A stretch of 64,000 nucleotides of DNA from a bacterium (GTDB lineage: Bacteria; SAR324; XYD2-FULL-50-16), in assembly GCA_032250835.1 (NCBI GenBank), contig JAVVEA010000002.1:278596-342595 (forward strand), in the 5' to 3' direction. Made by a program: the position numbers and the translations under genes. Shown piece by piece: positions 1 through 10,808 of this stretch (its first letter is position 1; the number at the start of each line of letters is the position of its first letter). The notes under the pieces were generated by a model. The model did not search any database, was not told the origin of the DNA, and saw only the letters and a program-made list of their open reading frames with translations.

Positions 1-642
1 ATTGCTCAAGAACACCAACAGGGCATCTTCGAGCAGTTCACCCAAGTGGACAGTTCGGCAACGCGTCGCTATTCGGGCACCGGTTTGGGCTTGGCGCTGG
101 TCAAGCGTTTGAGCGAACTGTTGGGAGGTAAGGTCTGGTTAGAGAGCAAACTGGGTGAAGGGTCCACCTTTCACTTTACCATCACCGCCCGGGATCTGGG
201 TTGGACCGACCATCCCGCAGATTGGCAGCCCAGCCCCAAACCTTCGTTGGCGGTGCCGGTGGAACATTTGGCAGCCAAGGTGCCGCTGAAAATTTTGGTT
301 GCTGAAGATAACCTATTGAATCAGCGTATGTTGGCCGAATGTCTGCACGATCTGGGCTACCATCCCGAACTGGTAGAGTCCGGCAAGAAAGCCTTGCAGC
401 GCTTGAGTGAAGCAGAGTTTGATTTGGTGTTGATGGATATCCAGATGCCTGAGATGGACGGGCTTGAGGTGGTCCGGCGTTACCGCGCCATGGGGCGTGA
501 AAGGTATCCTCATATCGTGGCGGTGACCGCCAACGCGCTTAAAGGCGACCGGGAACGTTTTCTGGCCCAAGGAATGGATGATTACCTCTCTAAGCCGGTA
601 CGCCCCAACGCTCTGGCTCAACTGATCCGCCGGCTGGTCTAG
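1..642 (+). CDS. Hybrid sensor histidine kinase, C-terminal part (HATPase_c + receiver); 5' end outside window
   Basis: Frame open from base 1 (IAQEHQQGIFEQFTQVDSS); G2 box GTGLGL; receiver motifs VAEDN, DLVLMD, KP. Confidence 0.92.
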   Translation: MAQEHQQGIFEQFTQVDSSATRRYSGTGLGLALVKRLSELLGGKVWLESKLGEGSTFHFTITARDLGWTDHPADWQPSPKPSLAVPVEHLAAKVPLKILVAEDNLLNQRMLAECLHDLGYHPELVESGKKALQRLSEAEFDLVLMDIQMPEMDGLEVVRRYRAMGRERYPHIVAVTANALKGDRERFLAQGMDDYLSKPVRPNALAQLIRRLV

Positions 643-717
643 GGCTGGCCAAAGCCTGGAGTGGGGTTTATATTGTTAGCCAGACCCCAGCCCGGCAAAC
701 CTTCTTTCGCACAGGCC

Positions 718-1185
718 ATGACACCCATCGGAACCATCCACTCGCCCTATTTTGAAATCAGCAATATGCCGGTCCAGCCGCGCGGAGCCCAAACGGTAGA
801 AGGACGCGTGGTGGTGGAGGCGGAATTCGAAGCCGGGCTCAAAGACCTAGAGGGCTTCAGCCATCTTTACCTGATCTATCAATTCCATTTAGCCCAAAAG
901 ACCCAGCTGTCGGTGGTCCCTTTTTTAGATCCCGAACCGCGCGGCGTCTTCGCCACCCGTAGCCCGCTGCGGCCGAACCATATTGGTCTTTCGGTGGTTG
1001 AGCTGCTGGAGGTGAAGGGGTGCGAGCTGTTGATCCGCGGGGTGGACGTCTTAGACGGTACCCCCCTATTGGACCTAAAACCTTACATTGCCGCCTTTGA
1101 CCAAGTGGGCCAAAGCCGCTCGGGCTGGATGAAGGCTAGTGCCGACGAAGTGGCCGCCATGCGCTCCGATGAGCGCTTTGGTTAA
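718..1185 (+). CDS. tsaA: TsaA/TrmO-family tRNA m6t6A37 methyltransferase (N-terminal domain-only form)
   Basis: TPIGTIHSPY, GVFATRSPLRPNHIGLS and DVLDGTPLLDLKPY motifs; ATG at 718 preferred over GTG at 661. Confidence 0.88.
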   Translation: MTPIGTIHSPYFEISNMPVQPRGAQTVEGRVVVEAEFEAGLKDLEGFSHLYLIYQFHLAQKTQLSVVPFLDPEPRGVFATRSPLRPNHIGLSVVELLEVKGCELLIRGVDVLDGTPLLDLKPYIAAFDQVGQSRSGWMKASADEVAAMRSDERFG

Positions 1186-1481
1186 CTAGAAAAGGCCGCC
1201 AGCAGGGTGACCGCCGCGACCGAAGGACTGAAGTAGGTCTGCTTGACCTCAAGGTACCGGGGGTCGCTGAAGAAAGCGTCGTGTTTTGTTTGATCCGGAA
1301 AGACCAGCATAAAGACCCGGTTGATCGGCTCCGGGGTTTGGCTTTGAAGGACCTGCTCGATGGTGAAGTCATAGGCGAAAGCACCACCATATTCGGCTAA
1401 AAAAGGGGCCATGGCAGCGCGGTATTGGGCGTAGATCGCTTGATCCGAAACCATCAGCCCCATCAATCGGTTAAAGGACAT
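1182..1481 (-). CDS. DUF1330-family protein
   Basis: YAQYRAAMAPFLAEYGG...INRVFMLVFPD...FFSDPRY pattern. Confidence 0.75.
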   Translation of the reverse strand: MSFNRLMGLMVSDQAIYAQYRAAMAPFLAEYGGAFAYDFTIEQVLQSQTPEPINRVFMLVFPDQTKHDAFFSDPRYLEVKQTYFSPSVAAVTLLAAFSS

Positions 1482-1539
1482 AAGCTCGCTGCGTTTAGGG
1501 TTCAGCCTAGTTTAATCCTCCCATTAACGGCAGGTCAAG

Positions 1540-2343
1540 TCAGGCCTCATGCCGCTTGATCCAGGCTCGCTCCACCGATTTTTGCAGTTTGTCGTGGTCT
1601 GCCGTATGTTGGCCCGAGACTTTAAGTCGGTCGAAGTAGCTGTCCAACAGTTTTTTTTCCGCCTCGTTGAGCGTGGGCATCACTTCGTCGAAATTATCGC
1701 GTAACTTGACCAGCAGAGGGCCGGGCTGGCGGGTCTCGCGCTGTACCATGGCCTTGATTAAGGCGGGTTGTTTGCTGTCTTTTTTGGCCTTTTCTAAGAT
1801 CTTCAAGGCAAACTCGCGTTCGGCAAAGATTTTACCCACCAGGACCATCACCGTATTTTGGTCGGTCATGCTGGCTTTACCGTCGAGGATCACAAAGGCG
1901 TTGCGCACGTCTTTTTTGCCCAACAGGGTCCGCAGCAGGCTCTGGTGCAGTTCGATCACCGCCGTTCCCTTAGGCAATTCCTTCCAACTAGAACCCAACA
2001 ACCAAACGTCGCGGTTCTGTCCCATCTTGATGCGCTGGTGGCGGATCTTTTCTTTAAGGACTAAATAGCTGTTTTCTTTCATGTCCAAGATAGAGCGCAG
2101 CCCCACGTCCAGGTTCTCGCGCCGCCGAGAGAACTCAACGCCCTTTTTTAGTAACTTGTTGGAGTCCCGCTGGGTGTTGGTGACTAGCCCGACATAATAC
2201 CACTTGCGCAGCAATAGGTAATGCAAGGCGTTCATCGCCTCATTCCAGTTGCGGGTGATCGGCAATTCGTGGGTGAAGCCTTGACCAAGGTCGGCCCCTT
2301 CCAAGTCGTGGATGCTTGGGCCTAAGTGATTGGGTATGGCCAT
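1540..2343 (-). CDS. Hypothetical protein (basic, helical)
   Basis: 267-aa ORF with GGAGGA RBS upstream; no family recognised. Confidence 0.7.
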   Translation of the reverse strand: MAIPNHLGPSIHDLEGADLGQGFTHELPITRNWNEAMNALHYLLLRKWYYVGLVTNTQRDSNKLLKKGVEFSRRRENLDVGLRSILDMKENSYLVLKEKIRHQRIKMGQNRDVWLLGSSWKELPKGTAVIELHQSLLRTLLGKKDVRNAFVILDGKASMTDQNTVMVLVGKIFAEREFALKILEKAKKDSKQPALIKAMVQRETRQPGPLLVKLRDNFDEVMPTLNEAEKKLLDSYFDRLKVSGQHTADHDKLQKSVERAWIKRHEA

Positions 2344-2520
2344 CTTTCCTCCAGGTTGGGGTCTTAGCGTTCAGCGAGAGTCATTTTCCGCTACTTTCTC
2401 TTGCGGGGGGAATGAACTCTAGGGAACTAACCCTAACATGCAGTGGGGTGCTTTTGGAAGGGGAATTTTAGGGCAATCCTCTAAGTAAAGGCATTTACAA
2501 AGGATTTTCAAGGGGCTGGG

Positions 2521-4458
2521 TCAGGAAGTTTCCTGAGGTGGGCGGCTCGGCAAAGTGAACCAAAACTGACTTCCTTCGCCGAGCTGCGATTTTACCCCTA
2601 AGCTGCCGTGATTCTTGTCGATAAATTCCTTCACCAAGATCAACCCCATTCCGGTGCCCGGCTCTTCTTCGGTACCGGGTTGGGAACTCATTTTGGCTTC
2701 GACCTTAAAGAGCTTCGCTTGAACCTGAGGGTCCATACCTAAACCCTTATCGGCGACCCAGCATTTCATTACCGGGCCCTGGATTTCAGCACTCAAGGTG
2801 ATTTGGCCTCCCTTAGGGGTGTATTTTATGGCGTTAGACACAAGGTTTCGCAGTACCGTGTTGGCCATTGAAGGGTCTGCCCAGACTGGCAGTTTTTCGG
2901 GTAGCTGATAAACCAACTCAATTTGTTTGGCCTGGGCGACTGGTTCCAAGACTCGGCGGACCTCGTTGAAAATTAGGTTAAAGTCGAACTCCACGGGGGC
3001 TGGTGCCATCCTCTCAGACTGGCTAGCCGCCCAGGTCAATAAGTTTTCGATCAACCGAGAGAGGTTAGATAGGTAATTTCGGGTCATCAGAAACAGCCGG
3101 TCGTCTAGTTCTGAGGCCTTTTGTAAATGTTCGTTAAAAAGCGTTGATAGGTTGTTGATTGGGCCGCGGAGGTCGTGGCTGATCAGTGAAAAAAACTTGT
3201 TTTTGCTTTGGTTGGCTTCGTTGAGTTGGGCGGTGCGCTCGTTCACCTGGACTTCCAACTGGCTGGCGTATTGGCTGGTTTGCTCTAAAAGTTGGTGGCT
3301 CAATTGCAGAATGCGGCTCGCAATGGCCAAACCAAAGAGGCTCATTTCAATGAGACTGGCCCATTGCAGGGCATCACTGGCTTCGTAAATTTCGAGGTCA
3401 GGCAGCCAGACCCGACAAGCTAATAACAAGATGCTCACCATCAGCGGAGACCAGGCAATTGTATAAATCTTGGCTTCCCGGATGCCGCGCTTGGCTAGAT
3501 ATACGGCGAGCCCAAACATCCACAGACTGACCAATATACCGACCATACTGGTGGCCGTCATGGCCTGGCCAAAGCCCAAAAACCCAGAAAATAGGCTCAA
3601 ACCGGTCAGTACAAGGTACCAAAATCGCTGAACCCAACGGACTTGAGGGATGTGCCGGTTAAGCCCAATAAACTCCCCGCCGAAAACCAAGATACCCAAG
3701 AGGGCGTATATCGAAATCACCAGCGTACTGACCGCGGTAAACTGGGGCCAATGGGGCCATAGATACAGTCTACCCAAGCCGTTGTAGTTGGTGATAAAGA
3801 GCGTGATGCCGCTCAAATAAAACAAGTAGTAGTAGAGTGTTTTTTCGCGCAGCAACAAGGCCATCATCCCGACAAACAAAAAGAGCAACACAAAACCCCC
3901 TAACAACAAGCCCCAGCGCAATAAACGGGCTTGATTGTAATTGGCGTAAGCTTGTGCTTCCCATAAAACCAACGAAACCTCCATCAATTGCCAAGTTTCA
4001 AAGCGCAGGTAGATCTCGTGGGACAAACCGGGTTCAAGGGTTAGGGGCAACGCTTGGCTGGCAGTGTGCAGAGTTACTCGCTCTGGGGGGAGTTGGTTGC
4101 CGCCCTCTAGGTGGACCACGCCGCTGGGGGTCGGTTGGTAAAGGTCTAGTTGCTGGACGAGCCAGAGTTTTTGTTCTAAGACCCAGTCGCGGGTTAGGCC
4201 GGGGGCTAGGTCGAGTTTCAGTCGGATCCAGAGCGCAGGCGAGTCAAACCCTAGGCTCCATACGTCGGTGTGGCTTTGTGGGGTATGCTTAGTGAACGGG
4301 AGTGCACGCACCTCTTCAAAAGACAGGCGTTTACCTTGTTCAAATCGGTACTCTAGGCCGTTCATCAAACGGGTCTGGGGCCCCGAGATCTGGACCGCCC
4401 CAAGGGCAGGCTCAGTGAAAAGGAAGAAAACCGTTAAGAAAGGTAAGAGAACGTTCAA
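2521..4458 (-). CDS. 7TM-DISM sensor histidine kinase (no receiver domain)
   Basis: Signal peptide, DISMED2-like LGFDSPALWIRL, seven hydrophobic segments, H-box SHDLRGP, NLVSNAIKY, GTGMGL; TTG start at 4458 inferred because the upstream ORF extension overlaps the next gene. Confidence 0.85.
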   Translation of the reverse strand: MNVLLPFLTVFFLFTEPALGAVQISGPQTRLMNGLEYRFEQGKRLSFEEVRALPFTKHTPQSHTDVWSLGFDSPALWIRLKLDLAPGLTRDWVLEQKLWLVQQLDLYQPTPSGVVHLEGGNQLPPERVTLHTASQALPLTLEPGLSHEIYLRFETWQLMEVSLVLWEAQAYANYNQARLLRWGLLLGGFVLLFLFVGMMALLLREKTLYYYLFYLSGITLFITNYNGLGRLYLWPHWPQFTAVSTLVISIYALLGILVFGGEFIGLNRHIPQVRWVQRFWYLVLTGLSLFSGFLGFGQAMTATSMVGILVSLWMFGLAVYLAKRGIREAKIYTIAWSPLMVSILLLACRVWLPDLEIYEASDALQWASLIEMSLFGLAIASRILQLSHQLLEQTSQYASQLEVQVNERTAQLNEANQSKNKFFSLISHDLRGPINNLSTLFNEHLQKASELDDRLFLMTRNYLSNLSRLIENLLTWAASQSERMAPAPVEFDFNLIFNEVRRVLEPVAQAKQIELVYQLPEKLPVWADPSMANTVLRNLVSNAIKYTPKGGQITLSAEIQGPVMKCWVADKGLGMDPQVQAKLFKVEAKMSSQPGTEEEPGTGMGLILVKEFIDKNHGSLGVKSQLGEGSQFWFTLPSRPPQETS

Positions 4459-4616
4459 GCAATTCCCCGAAAATTTTTCCGCTAGTTTAACCGAATTAGC
4501 TTGAGCTGTCAGCAACGGCAGGGAGCGAATTGGCAAAGGGCCACGCAACCAACTGAGAGGTATTGAAGGGGGAAGTACCCAGAGGTTCAGGGTCCCAAAA
4601 CATCGCGCAGGTAAAA

Positions 4617-7046
4617 CTAAACTTCTTGCTCCGGGGCGGTTAAGCCTGTAGATCCGGTCCCCAAGGCAAATCGGTCGCCCAACCAATCGAGCAACGCCAT
4701 TTCTAATGGCTCCAACCGGACCGGCTTGGACAAGAGGTCGTTGGCCCCTGATTCTTGGCATTGGGACACCGGGGGGTCCGTCTTGGGGTTGCGCATCATG
4801 ATGATGATCAGTTCCTTTTGCCCCGGTAGGGCGCGGATCGCCTCGCTGGCGACCAAGCCGTCCATCACGGGCATACTGCAATCGATCAACAACAGGTCAA
4901 AGGTTTGCCGGCTACAAAGATGTAGGGCCTCTTGTCCGGTTGTGCAGCTTTGGATATCTAATCGGTGGCGGCTTAAATAAGAGAGCAATATCTTGCGGCT
5001 AATCCGGTCGTCTTCGGCGACCAATACCTTGGGCAGACGTGTTGATTCGTCCAGTTCGTGCTGCGCGAAAATGGGTACCTGATAGCTATCTTCAAGACTC
5101 TCTAAAGTGACTTCAAAATAGGCCTGCGTCCCCTTACCTAACTGACTTTCAAGCCAAAGCCGCCCCCCCATCAACTCGGCCAACTGAGAGGCCAAGGTTA
5201 GGCCCAACCCGGCGCCACCGAAGGATTTCCGGGTGGAAAGGTCGGCTTGGTTGAAGGGGGTAAAGAGCCCAGATATCTTTTCTGGCGCGATGCCGATCCC
5301 TCGGTCGCTGACCTTAAAGAGCAGCTTCCAGTGATTTTCAACGGCGAATTCGCCGCTAACCATTAGCTCTACCGGTCCGTGGTTACTGAATTTGATGGCG
5401 TTGCTTAGCAGGTTGCCCAGGACTTGTTGGAGGTGCCGCAAGTCTCCGTTTAAATGTTTGGGTAAGGTCTCGGCGACCTCAAATTTTAGCTCTATGCCCT
5501 TTTCTAAAGCTGCCGGGGTGAAAAGCGCAATGGACTGCTCGAGCGCCTCAGTTAAGGAAAAGGGTGCTTGGTTGGTCGGCATCCGCCCCTTTTGGACCGC
5601 CGAAAGATCCAAGATGTCGCAGATGATGTCTAACAATCCATGACTAGATTGGCTTAAAATTTGGAGCAGTTCGTCTTGCTCTGGGTCCAAGCCAGTGCCT
5701 TGGAGCGCTTCAGCAACGCCGATGATCCCGTTCAGCGGCGTGCGCAATTCGTGGCTCATGTTGTTCAAAAATTCGCCCCGGGCCCGGTCGGTTTCTTTGA
5801 GCTGGGCGATCAATTCGCGTTGGGCGGCGGTTTTTTCCTGTTCTGATTCGAGCAGGCGCAGGCGAGTGCCGTTGAAACGGTCGGCTATGGCTAGGCTAAG
5901 CAGGAGGATCTCCAATCCAGAACCGAACAACATCCCGTGGCGCACCAAAAAAACGGGCGGTAACAGACCCATGGCCTTGAGGCTATATAAAACAATGCCC
6001 AACAAAAAAAGACTCCACCCGGCCAGATAAAAACGGGCCGCGCGGTTGCCTTGCCAGAATCGTTGTAAACCAACGCCAAAAGCCACCGCCGCCGCCGGTA
6101 TGCTGAGGAGTACCGATCCTTGGATGGCCCAGGAAAAGGGCCCCAAGAGCGACAGCAAAACCACCGTTCCGCCCAGCCCGATGACCCAACCCAATAGGCG
6201 GTCTAGCCAACTCCGCTCATCGCCCATCAAGGACTTGATGAAAGCGCCCACGAAGACGATGGTCAAGCCCACGTTGAGCGGGCGGGCCAGCTTATTCCAT
6301 TGGGGCCAGTCGGGCCAAAAGTATTCAAAGGCATAGCCCGTCAAGGTGGCCACCACGAGGCTAAAACTGACCACATAGGCCACATAATAAAGGTATATCC
6401 GCTCTCGGTTCAGCAAGAAGAGGATCGAGTTAAATAACGCCATCACCAGCACCATGCCAAAATACAGCCCCATGCCCAACTGCTCGATCCGGTCGTCGCG
6501 GTAGAAGTCCTCTGGGAGTTGCAGGCTCAACGGGATTTCTAGGGTATCGCGGCTTTGGACTCGGAGGTAGACAACGATCGATTCGTTCGGCGCTAAATGC
6601 AGCGGGAAGACAAACTGGTGGTGGGGTAAGGGGCGCTCCTTAAAGGGGCGGGCATCGCCGGTGTGCGCTTGAAACTGGATTCCTTCGGGGCCGACAAAAT
6701 AGACTTGCAGGTCGTCGATCAAAGGGTAGGCAAAGACCAACCGCCAGTCGCTGGGGCTGTCTTGCCCATTTTTCAAAGGCAATCTGGCCCAATAGACCGA
6801 GTCGGTAAACCCAAAGTTGGGCGTACCATTGACCTGAAAGAAACGACCTCCAAGCTCCGCTTGGCGGACTTGGTCTAAGGTAAGGTTGCCTTGGGGGTCC
6901 TCTAGGACTTCCAAACTCCCGCTGAGGTCGCTCACCGAGTGAATCCCCAGCCAGAGCGGCTCGGACCGGAGGTTTCCGGCGTAGGCCGTTAAGGCGAAGA
7001 GAACCAGTAGGAAGATATTAAAGCTTTTTGGCAGAAATCCCGTCAT
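4617..7046 (-). CDS. 7TM-DISM hybrid histidine kinase with receiver
   Basis: PNFGFTDSVYWARL (7TMR-DISMED2), 7TM region, SHELRTPLN, NLLSNAIKF, GAGLGL, C-terminal receiver. Confidence 0.92.
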   Translation of the reverse strand: MTGFLPKSFNIFLLVLFALTAYAGNLRSEPLWLGIHSVSDLSGSLEVLEDPQGNLTLDQVRQAELGGRFFQVNGTPNFGFTDSVYWARLPLKNGQDSPSDWRLVFAYPLIDDLQVYFVGPEGIQFQAHTGDARPFKERPLPHHQFVFPLHLAPNESIVVYLRVQSRDTLEIPLSLQLPEDFYRDDRIEQLGMGLYFGMVLVMALFNSILFLLNRERIYLYYVAYVVSFSLVVATLTGYAFEYFWPDWPQWNKLARPLNVGLTIVFVGAFIKSLMGDERSWLDRLLGWVIGLGGTVVLLSLLGPFSWAIQGSVLLSIPAAAVAFGVGLQRFWQGNRAARFYLAGWSLFLLGIVLYSLKAMGLLPPVFLVRHGMLFGSGLEILLLSLAIADRFNGTRLRLLESEQEKTAAQRELIAQLKETDRARGEFLNNMSHELRTPLNGIIGVAEALQGTGLDPEQDELLQILSQSSHGLLDIICDILDLSAVQKGRMPTNQAPFSLTEALEQSIALFTPAALEKGIELKFEVAETLPKHLNGDLRHLQQVLGNLLSNAIKFSNHGPVELMVSGEFAVENHWKLLFKVSDRGIGIAPEKISGLFTPFNQADLSTRKSFGGAGLGLTLASQLAELMGGRLWLESQLGKGTQAYFEVTLESLEDSYQVPIFAQHELDESTRLPKVLVAEDDRISRKILLSYLSRHRLDIQSCTTGQEALHLCSRQTFDLLLIDCSMPVMDGLVASEAIRALPGQKELIIIMMRNPKTDPPVSQCQESGANDLLSKPVRLEPLEMALLDWLGDRFALGTGSTGLTAPEQEV

Positions 7047-7301
7047 TTGCTCAAACAGAAAGGAATATGGATCAAACTGAGAGCTACAACTCCCTCGAGG
7101 AATTAGTCTACGGGTTTTAAAGGGCTCAATCTACGCAAATTTTTGTTAAAAACTACCGGCCCCCGCTCTGCCCCTTAACTAGGCTCAAGCAGCTAGGTAG
7201 ACCCGATCTTTAAGGCGGGTTTTGATTGCTTAAAGTATTAGTTACATTGGTGTAGATTAGTTGATACAATCAGGGCGAGGGGTAAACCGAAAGGAGAAGA
7301 A

Positions 7302-7957
7302 ATGTACCTCAAAAGTTCGGATCAGCCGATTTTTGATTTAGGCTTCGGAGGCCACCGCTGCCATTGGGGAACCCATATCTGCGGTCTTTACGGCAGTGAA
7401 GCAGAACGCGACCAAATCATTTTTGGCTTTTTAGGAAAAGGTTTGCTCGAAGAGGATCTGCAATTCTTTTGTTATGACCTCGAGGGTCGAGACCGGATTT
7501 TAAAGGGACTGCAACCCTTCAGCTCAAAATCTTTGGAAGATTCCCCGGATCAATTGGTTTTAAAGCCTGCCAAGGAACTCTATTACCCCTCGGGTAGTTT
7601 TTCTCCCTGGGAGATGGACCGGGGCTTAAGCCAGTTTTACGAGCAATCCCAAGCCAAGGGCCCCCGCAACATCCGCGCCAGTGCCGAGATGTCCTGGGCG
7701 CTCCAAGCCGTGCCGGGGGTGGAGGACTTAATGGCCTATGAGTCGCGGCTCAATTACTTTATCCCCGGAAAACCTTGGGTTAGCATCTGCCTCTATGACC
7801 TCACTCGGTTTTCTGGTGAGGTGATCATGAACGTTTTGAGGACCCATCCCTATTCGATAAGCGGCGGTTTGATCACCGAAAATCCCTACTACCAAGAGCC
7901 AGACCAGTGGCTCGCCCAGCATGCACCCCAGTTTCTTGACTCCAACGCAGTCCTCTG

Positions 7958-7958
<1 letters not shown>
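7302..7958 (+). CDS. Stand-alone MEDS (DcmR-like sensory) domain protein
   Basis: HICGLY...FLGKGL...RASAEMSW...YESRLN...ICLYD...VLRTHP motifs; AAGGAG RBS. Confidence 0.85.
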
Positions 7959-9925
<1,967 letters not shown>

Positions 9926-10036
9926 TCGCCTTCCCCACATCTATTTAAATCTATGTTACAATGGCCTTGCAGGCCGCCAGAACCTTGGGGGGACAGCGGT
10001 CTCTTGGGGGGGATAACCCATTGGTAGGAGGTGACT

Positions 10037-10807
10037 ATGTCCGGCAACTTATCGGGAAAGGTGGCGTTGGTGACGGGAGCAGGCGGCGCAGGCGGAATTG
10101 GCCGAGCGACCGCATTGCTTTTTGCCCGTCAAGGGGCCCAAGTAGCGGTGGTAGATGTAGTGGACGGTGGCCAGGAGACGGTGCGTCTGATCGAATCGTT
10201 GGGTGGTAAAGGCTTGTTCATCCCCACCGACGTGACCCAGGCGGATCAAGTGGAGGCGATGGTTGCGAAGACCTTAAAACACTTCGGGCGGCTTGATTAT
10301 GCCCACAACAACGCAGGTATTGAAGGGATCATGGGGCCCATTGCCGACTGCACGGTGGAAAACTTTGACCGCACCCTTGCGGTGAACCTAAGGGGTATCT
10401 TCTTGAGTATGAAGTATGAAATCCCGGTGATGATCCAAGGCGGAGGCGGGGCTATTGTCAATACGGCTTCCATCGCGGGGCTGATCGGTTTTCCCGGCCT
10501 ACCTGCTTACGTGGCGAGTAAACACGGGGTCAACGGTTTGACCAAAAATGCGGCCCTCGAATATGCGACCCAAGGCATTCGGGTCAACTCGGTTTGCCCC
10601 GGCGCGATCAAAACCCGCATGATCGACGAGATTGGCAAACAAATGGGCGTGCCCGACGCCGCGCAAGCCTTTGATGGGGTCCACCCGATCGGGCGGATGG
10701 GGCGGCCTGAAGAGATCGCTGAACTGGTGGTCTTTTTGTGCAGCGACGCGGCCAGCTTCATCACCGGGGCCCACTACGCCGCAGATGGGGGTTACACCGC
10801 CCAGTAG
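10037..10807 (+). CDS. SDR-family NAD(P)-dependent oxidoreductase
   Basis: TGAGGAGGIG, NNAG, YVASKHG (YxxxK), DGGY; AGGAGG RBS. Confidence 0.93.
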   Translation: MSGNLSGKVALVTGAGGAGGIGRATALLFARQGAQVAVVDVVDGGQETVRLIESLGGKGLFIPTDVTQADQVEAMVAKTLKHFGRLDYAHNNAGIEGIMGPIADCTVENFDRTLAVNLRGIFLSMKYEIPVMIQGGGGAIVNTASIAGLIGFPGLPAYVASKHGVNGLTKNAALEYATQGIRVNSVCPGAIKTRMIDEIGKQMGVPDAAQAFDGVHPIGRMGRPEEIAELVVFLCSDAASFITGAHYAADGGYTAQ

Positions 10808-10808
10808 C

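Noticed and set aside
4459-4881. N-terminal extension of the 786-aa kinase ORF
   Set aside because: Overlaps the upstream kinase in another frame and precedes an evident signal peptide; the real start is probably TTG 4458.
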